Below the pieces are notes generated by a model, which worked only from the letters and a program-made list of their open reading frames with translations, had not been told where the DNA came from and searched no databases. A stretch of 64,000 nt of DNA from Gemmatimonadaceae bacterium. GTDB lineage: Bacteria > Gemmatimonadota > Gemmatimonadetes > Gemmatimonadales > Gemmatimonadaceae. Below are positions 1 through 11,726 of the stretch, in pieces. The stretch covers positions 1,661,722 through 1,725,721 of the forward strand of contig JBHYGA010000001.1 of assembly GCA_051859245.1 (NCBI GenBank). The letters run 5' to 3'. The position numbers were made by a program, and so were the translations under genes. Each line of letters begins with the position of its first letter. The first letter of the stretch is position 1.

Positions 1-1296
1 CGCGAGGTGTACTGGAGCCTTGGCCAGAATCTTGTGGATATGATGGAGATCGCCGAGCGCGAAGAGCGCTGGGACCTGCTCGGCGTGGGTTACGCCATGA
101 AGGCCTGGGGTTGGCATGCCTCCACGGTACTGCATGGCGAAATCATCGTGAAAGAAGCCATCGACCAGACGAAGTTCAGCTTCAACTACGATTCGCAGGA
201 GTTCGTGTACGAGGAGACGCTACGGCTGCTTGATGAGGCCATCGAACTGCTGCAGCGTACGGACGGCGCGGTCGACGCCAGCTACATGGGCCGCACGGAC
301 TTCATGTACCAGGGTGATCGCACCAAATGGCTGAAGTTCGCCTACGGCCTGAAGGCGCTCACACTAAACCATTATTCGAACAAGGCGAGCTACAAGCCCG
401 CCGATGTCATCGCCGCCGTCAACAGCTCGTTCGCCAGCAACGCTGACGATGCGCTCGTGGCGTATCCGGCAACGCAGCCCAGCGTGGACCGCAACTTCTG
501 GGGCGCCAGTCGCGGCAACTTGAACAACTACCGCCAGACGCGGTTCGTGCTCGGGTTGCTTGACGGAACCGTCTTCGCTGGTGCGCCGGATCCGCGTTTA
601 TCGCGCATGCTCTCTCCGTCACCGGATGGACAGTATCGCGGATTGGATCCCAACGTGTTGGGCATGGGCGGCCTCATTGCGGCGCAGCAGCCAAACAACT
701 TCCATGGATACGTCGGCACCGCCGGTGCCGGTCAACCGGGCCGCTATCTGTTTTCGGATAAGGCACGCATTCCGATCATCACCTATTCACAACTTCAGTT
801 TGTGAAGGCGGAAGCGGCGTACAAGCTGGGTGACAAGGCGACCGCACGTGCCGCGTACATCAACGGCGTGTCATCGCACATTGACTTTGTGAATGCGCGC
901 AATGCCGAAGATGGACAGTCGCCAACGCAAATCACTGCGGCTGAGAAAGCCGCGTTTCTTGCGAATCCCGCTGTTGTTCCAGCCTCACCGAACGACTTGA
1001 CGCTCACGCATATCATGTCGCAGAAGTACATCGCGCAGTTTGCGTGGGGGCACATGGAGCTGTGGATGGACATGCGCCGGTACAACTACACCGATATCGA
1101 TCCCGCCAGCGGACGTCAGGTGTTCCCTGGTTTCGCACCACCGATCAATCTGTTTCCTGACAACGGCGGCAGGGTTGTTCAGCGTTTGCGTCCTCGGTTC
1201 AACTCGGAATATGTCTGGAATATCCCGGGCCTTGAAGCGATTGGCGGCACCGCCGCCGACTACCACACCAAGCCGCTCTGGATCACTCAACCGTAA
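1..1296 (+). CDS. SusD/RagB family outer-membrane nutrient-binding lipoprotein (5'-truncated by window edge)
   Basis: Frame is open from position 1. It carries SusD-like motifs (YDSQEFVY, KWLKFAYGLKA, YSQLQFVKAEA, IMSQKYIA, ELWMDMRRY) and ends in LWITQP. Confidence 0.85.
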   Translation, partial: REVYWSLGQNLVDMMEIAEREERWDLLGVGYAMKAWGWHASTVLHGEIIVKEAIDQTKFSFNYDSQEFVYEETLRLLDEAIELLQRTDGAVDASYMGRTDFMYQGDRTKWLKFAYGLKALTLNHYSNKASYKPADVIAAVNSSFASNADDALVAYPATQPSVDRNFWGASRGNLNNYRQTRFVLGLLDGTVFAGAPDPRLSRMLSPSPDGQYRGLDPNVLGMGGLIAAQQPNNFHGYVGTAGAGQPGRYLFSDKARIPIITYSQLQFVKAEAAYKLGDKATARAAYINGVSSHIDFVNARNAEDGQSPTQITAAEKAAFLANPAVVPASPNDLTLTHIMSQKYIAQFAWGHMELWMDMRRYNYTDIDPASGRQVFPGFAPPINLFPDNGGRVVQRLRPRFNSEYVWNIPGLEAIGGTAADYHTKPLWITQP

Positions 1297-1302
1297 CCAG
1301 CG

Positions 1303-2076
1303 ATGAACATATTCCGATCGATTGCGGTGCTTCTGTGCGCCGTCTCGCTTGCCGCGTGCGAGAAAAACGCGGTGCAAGACATTACGGGTTCGTTGCCTGA
1401 GTCGCGGATCAAGTTCTTCAACTTTGGCGTAAACGCGCCTTCGGTGAACTTCTACGCAGACGAGACCAAGGTCACGGGCATCAACTCCCTGACAGGCGCC
1501 GAGTCTACGCTAGGCGTGGCCTCCGGCGGCGTAGCCAGCGGTGGCTTCTACTCCGCCATGGATCCCGGCCAGTACTCGTTCTCGGCGCGTATTTCAGCGG
1601 CCGTCGACAAAAATTTGCCGATCACGGCGGCGCAGAGCACGCTCGAGACTGGCAAGGCGTACTCGTTCTACGTCAGCGGTATCTACAATACCACGACCAA
1701 ATCGGCAGAAAGCTTTGTCGTTGAGGACAACTTTCCGGATGCCTTCGACTACACAACAGCGTACGTGCGCTTTGTGAACGCGATTTCAAACGCGAATCCG
1801 ATGACGTTGTATGGCACGAACACTTCACCTGTTCAGCCTGAGATCGCCATTGGCGGGGCGGTTGCGTACAAGTCGGCCGGCGCATTCGTGCCGGTGCCTC
1901 CTGGGGTCTACAACCTCGCAACTCGTTACCCGAACACCACAACCAACGCCATTGCGCGCACAGGCGTGTCGTTCGTAGCGGGACGCGTGTACACAATCGG
2001 TGCCCGTGGCGACATCACCGTCACGTCCACCACGTTGGCAACACGTCCGCAGCTCGACCTCACCGCCAATCGTTAA
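1303..2076 (+). CDS. DUF4397-like lipoprotein associated with a SusC/D locus
   Basis: Lipobox LAAC. Two repeats of the IKFFN/VRFVNA...SF..GR.YT beta-sandwich pattern. Lies directly after SusD. Confidence 0.7.
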   Translation: MNIFRSIAVLLCAVSLAACEKNAVQDITGSLPESRIKFFNFGVNAPSVNFYADETKVTGINSLTGAESTLGVASGGVASGGFYSAMDPGQYSFSARISAAVDKNLPITAAQSTLETGKAYSFYVSGIYNTTTKSAESFVVEDNFPDAFDYTTAYVRFVNAISNANPMTLYGTNTSPVQPEIAIGGAVAYKSAGAFVPVPPGVYNLATRYPNTTTNAIARTGVSFVAGRVYTIGARGDITVTSTTLATRPQLDLTANR

Positions 2077-2102
2077 CTGGCGTCACGGACGCGTACGAGT
2101 TG

Positions 2103-2134
2103 AGAAGCCCCCGGCCAGTGCCGGGGGCTTCTTT
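2103..2134 (+). terminator. Intrinsic terminator hairpin after the SusD-DUF4397 genes
   Basis: AGAAGCCCCCGGC-CAGT-GCCGGGGGCTTCT is a perfect 13-bp stem followed by TT, between convergent genes. Confidence 0.8.
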
Positions 2135-2200
2135 GTGTGCATTCACGCAGAACACGCAAACATCAATGCCGCGTATCGCGTTCAAAGATTGAGCGTTTAG

Positions 2201-3601
2201 TTATCGCGTCCAGAAAATGACGCTTCCGCAGCCCGCCAGCGGCGGCACGAACTGGGGAGGCGCCTGCGATTCGCGATACACCTCCAATCCAATGATCTGT
2301 TCCGGACGCACCAGCAGGTCGATATCAGCCGGAGTCAATCCCTGCATCAGCGAGCCGTTCAGATACACGAAGGGAACGCAGCGCTCCTCCGTTAGTCCAC
2401 GCATCGTGAGCGTTTGTTCGGCGCCGTAGCCCTCGAGAAATAGTCCCGGTACCACCGGAAACAGTTCCGACGTGACGAGCGCTCGCCGACGCGCGATGTC
2501 TTCAGCCGTCAGAAACTGCCCGAGGCCTGAGCGACTGCGCGCCTTGAACTCTTCGATGCGACTGAAGCGATCGTAGTTGGCAATTACCTTCAGCGTGTCA
2601 ATCACCGACTGATAGGTCTGCATGGCCACCCGTACCGAAGGCGAGCCCTCAGCCACATTCACGGTTCGTCGTTCCGGGTAGTAGCCAACCGCGCGCACCT
2701 CGAGCGTTCGTGTGCCGAGCGGCGCGTCTGCAATCGCGAACTCGCCGCTCGCGTTAGCGCGAGCCGTAGGTCCGTTCACAATGGTGACCTGTGCGCCAGG
2801 CAGTGGCTGTCCTGAGGTGGAGCTGACCGTAGTACCACGAAGGGGCCCGCTCCCTGCACCCACGCTCAGTTCCTGCAGGAGAAATCCAGCGACTGGAACT
2901 TCCACTTCCACATACGCCGTGCTGTCGCGCGCGCGCTTGGCGAAGAGCAACATTGAGCCTGGTGAGGGCACGCCACACAACGCGTACCAGCCGTTGTCAC
3001 TGCTCGTCGTTTCGCGCCGTATCGTGCGCCGACTCATGCCGCCCTTGTTGAACGAAAGCTCGACCCATTCGCCAGCAACCTGTGCGCCGCCCAGCGGGTT
3101 TCCGCTTCGGGCATCGCGGACAACACCCGTGACAACCGCCGTTCCACTCTGCACGCCGCGCGTTGCACAGATGGTGCGACGAAGTGTCGCCGTGGACGGG
3201 ATCGACAGTTCCGTCTCCAGCGTGGATTGTCCAGTCACGCGCACGTCACGCGCAATCGGAGACAGCCCAAGCGAATCCAGCATGCCGTGAAAAAATCCGA
3301 GTGTGTAGCGACCGCTGGGTACGCGCTCAAACGTGTAGGCGCCAGCGGTGTCAGACAACACCGTCGCGCTGAAATCGGACTCGGTGTCCGCAGAGACCAG
3401 TTGTACCAGTGCACCAGCAAGCGGCCGCCCGCCAACGCTGTCGAAGACCGATCCGCGCACCGTGGTTGCGCGCGTCACCGGCGCTGATGCCGGACCGGGT
3501 GCTATGGCATCAGTACCGCGCGGCCCACCGGCCAACGGGAACGTGGCGGCAGCGAACAGCGGCAGAACGACCGCGAAAAGAACGAAACGGGTGATGACCA
3601 A
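2201..3601 (-). CDS. Secreted protein with carboxypeptidase-regulatory-like (prealbumin-fold) repeats and a C-terminal TonB-plug-like domain
   Basis: Signal peptide and three VRG.V.D...G.PL.GA.V-type repeats. The C-terminus GQFLTAEDI...VPGL...C.PFVYLNG...IIGLEVY...GCGSVIFWTR resembles a plug domain. Start codon uncertain. Confidence 0.7.
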   Translation of the reverse strand: MVITRFVLFAVVLPLFAAATFPLAGGPRGTDAIAPGPASAPVTRATTVRGSVFDSVGGRPLAGALVQLVSADTESDFSATVLSDTAGAYTFERVPSGRYTLGFFHGMLDSLGLSPIARDVRVTGQSTLETELSIPSTATLRRTICATRGVQSGTAVVTGVVRDARSGNPLGGAQVAGEWVELSFNKGGMSRRTIRRETTSSDNGWYALCGVPSPGSMLLFAKRARDSTAYVEVEVPVAGFLLQELSVGAGSGPLRGTTVSSTSGQPLPGAQVTIVNGPTARANASGEFAIADAPLGTRTLEVRAVGYYPERRTVNVAEGSPSVRVAMQTYQSVIDTLKVIANYDRFSRIEEFKARSRSGLGQFLTAEDIARRRALVTSELFPVVPGLFLEGYGAEQTLTMRGLTEERCVPFVYLNGSLMQGLTPADIDLLVRPEQIIGLEVYRESQAPPQFVPPLAGCGSVIFWTR

Positions 3602-3803
3602 CCGTCAAATCCGGACGAAGGTGAGAGGGCGCGACCAACGCCGAAGCTATACCCCGCGCCCCGGCGAGGGATCGCTGGTTTTTGTGCCTCTGGCAGTATG
3701 GCGCGACACGCTGCCGTGCGCCATGATGTGGGCAGCGCGTCGATGGTCAAAGGCACCCTCTCGGTTGCGACGCGTTGCACATGTCCTCCAGCCAAGCCCG
3801 CAT

Positions 3804-4178
3804 ATGCTTCGCACACCAGGACGACTCGCCCGAATCGCCGCCGTGGCGCTCACCACCGTGTTCACCGGATGTATTGGACTGGTGAACCATGCCACGCCCA
3901 TCGTTCCTCCCACGCGTGACGCGCTGGATGTACCCATTCAGTTTGTCACCGAAGACATGCCCGTCGAGGCCACCGCCTACGATACACTGCCGGGAACGGG
4001 CTGCCGAAATCCGCTCCTTGATCCGCGTGACGGCACACCGCTGCGTCTGGGCAGCTCGATCTCAGGCGTCGGTGAATACGAAGTGCCCAGTGGGCGCTAT
4101 GGCGTGAACGCCCACGAACGCCTGCGCGTGGACTGCAATACCGGTCGTTCCCTCGGCATTGTCAGCATTCGTGGCTGA
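3804..4178 (+). CDS. Small hypothetical lipoprotein
   Basis: In-frame ATG within ORF 3348..4178 gives MLRTPGRLARIAAVALTTVFTGC (lipobox). Two further Cys are present, and the stop overlaps the next gene. Confidence 0.6.
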   Translation: MLRTPGRLARIAAVALTTVFTGCIGLVNHATPIVPPTRDALDVPIQFVTEDMPVEATAYDTLPGTGCRNPLLDPRDGTPLRLGSSISGVGEYEVPSGRYGVNAHERLRVDCNTGRSLGIVSIRG

Positions 4179-5103
4179 GCAACGCCCCGTCGCCGTTGCG
4201 GCGGCCCTGCTGTTCACGCTCTCTCCGTTCTGGACGGGCGCGAGTACGCTGTGCGCGCAAACGGCAGCACCGCCGACGCCACAACAGCAATCGCCCATGG
4301 TGGAGACCACGCGTGCGCACGAGCGGCTGACGCAGCGCGACGTGCCGGGCGATCTCCGAAGTATTCCCGGTCCCGGTGGCCGGGCAATGTCGCTCTGGAT
4401 TCCACAAGACTATGCGCGGCGCAACGGCGACGACCTCGTGATTCATTTTCACGGCGCGGCGTGGTTGCCCGTGCAAGCGGCATCACAACTCGCGAATGCA
4501 CCCGTTGTTGCGGTGGTGAATCTCGGTGCGGGCTCGTCGGCGTACGACCGCGCGTTCAACAACGCCACCAGCTTCGACTCGTTGCTGCAGGCCGTTCGCA
4601 CACAGCTTCCAAACATATGGACTCCACGTCGCGTATCGCTCACCGCGTTTTCGGCCGGACACGGTGCAGTACGTGCAATTCTGAGTACGGCGGCGAACGC
4701 AGAACGCGTGCACAACGTGCTGCTCCTTGATGGTATGCACACGTCCTACGTACCCGAGGGACGCGTTCTGCATGAGGGCGGGGCACTCGACACGATCAAT
4801 CTGCTCGCGCTCGAGCGCTTTGCGCATGCTGCAATCCGCGCGGACACGCGCATGATCATCACCCACTCGGAAGTTTTCCCCGGGAGCTACGCGAGTACCA
4901 CCGAAACGGCAGACTGGTTGGTGCACCGCCTCGGATTGCGTCGCACGCCTACGCTGAGCTGGGGGCCACGGGGCATGCAGCAACTGAGCGAGGTCAACGC
5001 GAGCGGGTTTACGCTACTCGGATTCGCCGGCAACAGCGCGCCCGATCATATCGATCACTTCCACGCCATGCCTGAACTACTCGCACGGCTGCTTGCCAAA
5101 TGA
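4171..5103 (+). CDS. Secreted hypothetical protein, alpha/beta-hydrolase-like
   Basis: Signal peptide, VIHFHG, nucleophile-elbow-like AFSAG, LLLDG and C-terminal DHIDH. GTG start overlaps the upstream stop region. Confidence 0.55.
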   Translation: MAEQRPVAVAAALLFTLSPFWTGASTLCAQTAAPPTPQQQSPMVETTRAHERLTQRDVPGDLRSIPGPGGRAMSLWIPQDYARRNGDDLVIHFHGAAWLPVQAASQLANAPVVAVVNLGAGSSAYDRAFNNATSFDSLLQAVRTQLPNIWTPRRVSLTAFSAGHGAVRAILSTAANAERVHNVLLLDGMHTSYVPEGRVLHEGGALDTINLLALERFAHAAIRADTRMIITHSEVFPGSYASTTETADWLVHRLGLRRTPTLSWGPRGMQQLSEVNASGFTLLGFAGNSAPDHIDHFHAMPELLARLLAK

Positions 5104-6289
5104 TGAGCAAAACGACCCGCACGCTCGCCCCGTGACGACCAGCGCGTGGTGGCACGACGTAGAAACCGATACCAATCCGGTCACGCAGCAACTCGCTCGC
5201 ATTCGCGCGCCGCTCGAGCACGATACATCAACAGACGTGTGCGTGATTGGACTCGGTGGTTCCGGACTCGCGGCGGTACTTGAAGCACGACTGCTCGGCG
5301 CACGCGTACTCGGCATTGACGCGTCGCGCATTGCCGGCGCGGCCGCTGGTCGCAATGGTGGACTGCTGCTTGGTGGCATGGCCCCGTTTCATCATGACGT
5401 AGTGACTGCTATTGGCGCGTCGCACGCCACGGCTCTCTATCGGCACACACTCGCAGAGCTTGAGCGCATGCACGCGGTTTCGCCGGAACACTGCTGGTGG
5501 CCCGGCTCGCTGCGCATCGCGCAAGACGACGAGGAACTCGCCGATTGCGAGCGCCAGCTCGCGCGCATGCAGGCCGACCACCTGCCAGTTGAGTGGTACC
5601 GAGGCGCAGAGGGCGAGGGGTTGCTCTTTCCCAGAGATGGCGCGTGTCATCCGGTACGACGCGTGCTCGCACTCGCGCACTTCGCAGAATACGAAGGCGC
5701 GCAACTCGCCGAGCACACGCCTGTGGCGCACATCGAACCGGGAACGGTGCACCTCACCAACGGCGCGCGCGTATTTGCGCAGCACATCCTGGTGTGTTCC
5801 GATGGCGCGCTCGCATCACTCGTTCCCTCGATTGCGCCACGCACGCGTTCGGTCCGACTGCAAATGCTGGCCACTGCGCCAACGCGCGATGTGCACATTC
5901 CACGGCCTGTGTACGCACGGTATGGATACGACTACTGGCAGCAGCTTGCCGAGGGGCGCATTCTCTTTGGCGGCGGCCGTGATCAGTTCGAAGACGCAGA
6001 ATACACCGCGAGCGATGAACCAACCGAACAACTACAGCGTTGGCTGGAAACGCGGTTGCGCGAGGCCACCGGAACGCGTGCACAGATCACGCATCGATGG
6101 GCCGCAACGGTGAGCTACTCGCATGACGACCTGCCAATTGCCGAACAAACCGCCCCGGGCATCTGGGCGGCCGGCTCGTACAGCGGCACGGGCAACGTGG
6201 TGGGCGCCCTGTGCGCGCGCGGGATCGCTCGGCGCGCACTCGGGCATGCAGATCGGTTTCTCGACGCGCTCGACGCGTGTCGCGCGTAA
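5093..6289 (+). CDS. FAD-dependent oxidoreductase, DAO/PuuB-like family
   Basis: DVCVIGLGGSG Rossmann motif, GAAAGRNGG, YWQQL.EGRILFGG and C-terminal YSGTG. Confidence 0.85.
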   Translation: MPNDEQNDPHARPVTTSAWWHDVETDTNPVTQQLARIRAPLEHDTSTDVCVIGLGGSGLAAVLEARLLGARVLGIDASRIAGAAAGRNGGLLLGGMAPFHHDVVTAIGASHATALYRHTLAELERMHAVSPEHCWWPGSLRIAQDDEELADCERQLARMQADHLPVEWYRGAEGEGLLFPRDGACHPVRRVLALAHFAEYEGAQLAEHTPVAHIEPGTVHLTNGARVFAQHILVCSDGALASLVPSIAPRTRSVRLQMLATAPTRDVHIPRPVYARYGYDYWQQLAEGRILFGGGRDQFEDAEYTASDEPTEQLQRWLETRLREATGTRAQITHRWAATVSYSHDDLPIAEQTAPGIWAAGSYSGTGNVVGALCARGIARRALGHADRFLDALDACRA

Positions 6290-6341
6290 CGCGTACGCCA
6301 CACGCGCAACGCTCCAGGCGCGTCACGCGAGTGGCGTGCTG

Positions 6342-8983
<2,642 letters not shown>

Positions 8984-10109
8984 GCTTGGCCTTTCGCGCC
9001 GGCTCACGGCTATGGTGAAAAGAGAGTGTCGCGGTGGTCGTATCGGCGAGTGAACGGAACGTGAGTCCGGCCGCGACTTCACGGCTCAGATCAAATCGCG
9101 CAAAGCCTTCATAGCCCGGGGTTGGCGGACGCCACACCGGCATTTCCTGATACGGGCGAATTCCTTGCGTGGCGAGAAACTCGCGTGGAATCCACGTCCA
9201 TGTGAGCGGCGTGGTCGTTGCGCCCGCGATACCGTACAAGAACTCCGCCATGGAACGACCGTTCTCCGGACCCACACCCATGAACGTGCCGTACGTTTTC
9301 GCTTCGCACAGACGCACCGCCCATTCGCACAGGTCGCGCACGTCAATCACCTGAATGCGATCGTTGTTCGGGTCACCCGGCGCGAGAATCTCCCCACCTC
9401 GCTCAATACGCACCGGCCAGTACGTGAAACGATCGGTGTCATCGCCCGGGCCGACAATCAACCCCGGGCGAACAATCGTACTGCGATTCCCAAACGCCGC
9501 GCGCACTTCCGCTTCGGCCAACGATTTGGCGAGTCCGTATGGAAACGGCTGACCCTCGCGCCAGTTCGGTGTATTGCTCTTGTTCAACAGCGGTGCATCC
9601 ACCGTGCCCGGCACTTTGCTCAAGTCCGAAAACACGGAGCGTGTTGAGATGAAGAGATACTGATCGGCCGCGTCTTTGAGCAAACCGGCCGAATCCTTCA
9701 CCCACATCGGGGCATCGGCGCGCGACGCGGAGTTATCAATCACCGCGTCCCACTTGCGACCAGCGAGTGATTTCAGATCACCCGTGGCGCGATCGCCGGT
9801 GAGTTCTTCAACACCTGGAAACACGCCGGGTGCGGAACGACCGCGATTGAAGATCGTGACTTCGTGCCCGCGTGCCACGGCGTAGCGCACCTGGTGCGGT
9901 CCGATAAAGCCTGTGCCGCCAAGAATCAGCAGCTTGATGCGACGAGGTGCCGCAGACGTTGTCTGGAGCCGCGAGAACATCGGCGAGCTGGTCGCTGCCT
10001 GCAGCGCGCCCGGTGCGCCGAGCGACAACGCCGCAGCACCACCGGCGAGACCGAGATTGGTAAGAAAGTCGCGACGAGTATGCATGAGATTTTCCTGAGG
10101 ACGAATGGA

Positions 10110-11597
10110 TTACGGAGTAGTCGCGGCAGGGCGGGGAAACGGACCGTCGCGCATCGCGGCCTGATAGGCAAAGGTCGCGAGCACGACAGACGCCTGCTTG
10201 AGCGCCTCAAGTGGTACGCGCTCGAACGTGTCCATGTTGGTGTGGTGGGCCCGAACATCGTACTCGGTATAGTCCTGAATCGTGTTGAACGCCGGCAAGC
10301 CGAGCGCGCTGAACGCGAGGTGATCCGTGTTCGTGATTTTTTCGATGATGTTGCGACGCGTACCAATGTCACGTAGCGGAGCCAGCCAGCCGTCAAAAAT
10401 ATTCTTCGCGGCTTCATTGCCTTCGGAGTACCAGCCGTAAATCGGACCGGTGCCTGGATCGTTGTTCAGATACACGGAGAATTTCGCGCGAGCCGCAGCA
10501 TTCGCGTCTCCGGCAAGATGACGTTGCGCGTACGCGCGTGCGCCAAGCAGTCCGAGTTCTTCCGCGCCCCAGAGAGCAGCTCGAATGGTTCGGCGTGGGC
10601 GCACACCACTGGCCTTGAGAATCCGCATCGCCTCAATCAATTCGGCAACGGCGTCGGCGTTATCGGTGGCGCCGGTGGCCGAGTGCCACGAATCGATGTG
10701 CGCACCGAGCAATACGACTTCATCCCCAATCAACGGATCCGTTCCGGGAATCTCCGCGATCACGTTGTAGCTGCTGGTGTCGGCCGTGTGATATTTGCTC
10801 TGCACGTTCACGCGCAGCGTGATGTCACTGCCGGCCTGCAGTCCGCGCACCAGCATGTTGTACTGCTCCGATGATACGATGAGCGATGGCACCGAGTTCT
10901 CGGCTGTGCTGGTGCGACTGCCAAGCACAAACATGGTGCCTTCGTTGCCTTCGGTGGGACGCAACACTGCGGCGGCACCTGCGCTGTGCAGCAACGACTG
11001 CAGCGCGTTGCGCGCCAATGGACCAGCGGCATTTTGCGGACGCGGTGCGCCAATCGGTACGGGCGCGTCGTGTTCGGTTGGCTGCAGACGATCCTTGGTG
11101 ATGAAAAACTCCTGCGGCTTGGTGGCCAGTACGATCTTGCCACGAAGTGATGACGCAATCGCACGCACCGCATCAGCGTTCGCCAGATCACCAATGTAGA
11201 CCGGCCTTCCCGTGATCTCGCCACTGGTTGACGGAGTCCAACCTTCTGCGTAGCCAATCAGCGGCATGTAGCGCGGCGCGATCAGCTCGAACGTTTGCTT
11301 CTCCAGCGTCCAGCCTTTACCAAACGGAAACGGCTCAAGATGCACGTTGCTCAGACCGAACTCGCGCAGCTTACCCGCTGCCCAGTCCGCGGCCTGCTTG
11401 TCGGCGGGACTGCCTGCCAAACGAGGTCCGATCACATTGGTGAGATGATTGAACAGCTCCGCGGCGCGCGAGCGATTCAGTCCTTCGTCGCGAATGCGAG
11501 TGAGCGTCGCGGCGTCTTGCGAACGCAGCGAGTGGACAGGGCTGGCCAGCGCGACCAGCAGCGCGGCGCGGGCGAGATTCAAGTGCGTGGATCGCAT
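10110..11597 (-). CDS. Secreted M28 family metallopeptidase (carboxypeptidase Q-like)
   Basis: Signal peptide from ATG 11597. GPRLAGS, GAHIDSW, GATDNA, WGAEELGLLG, TDH and HHTNMD. Confidence 0.88.
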   Translation of the reverse strand: MRSTHLNLARAALLVALASPVHSLRSQDAATLTRIRDEGLNRSRAAELFNHLTNVIGPRLAGSPADKQAADWAAGKLREFGLSNVHLEPFPFGKGWTLEKQTFELIAPRYMPLIGYAEGWTPSTSGEITGRPVYIGDLANADAVRAIASSLRGKIVLATKPQEFFITKDRLQPTEHDAPVPIGAPRPQNAAGPLARNALQSLLHSAGAAAVLRPTEGNEGTMFVLGSRTSTAENSVPSLIVSSEQYNMLVRGLQAGSDITLRVNVQSKYHTADTSSYNVIAEIPGTDPLIGDEVVLLGAHIDSWHSATGATDNADAVAELIEAMRILKASGVRPRRTIRAALWGAEELGLLGARAYAQRHLAGDANAAARAKFSVYLNNDPGTGPIYGWYSEGNEAAKNIFDGWLAPLRDIGTRRNIIEKITNTDHLAFSALGLPAFNTIQDYTEYDVRAHHTNMDTFERVPLEALKQASVVLATFAYQAAMRDGPFPRPAATTP

Positions 11598-11726
11598 TGG
11601 GACGGTCGCGGTGGGAAGGCTCGGCAGCGCGTCGCCGAGCGAAATGCGGGATTGGAGCGCGGTCAAATGACCGGCCTTCGTCTGTCGAACATACCCCAGC
11701 GCCCCCAGCGGGGATAGATTTCAGGG

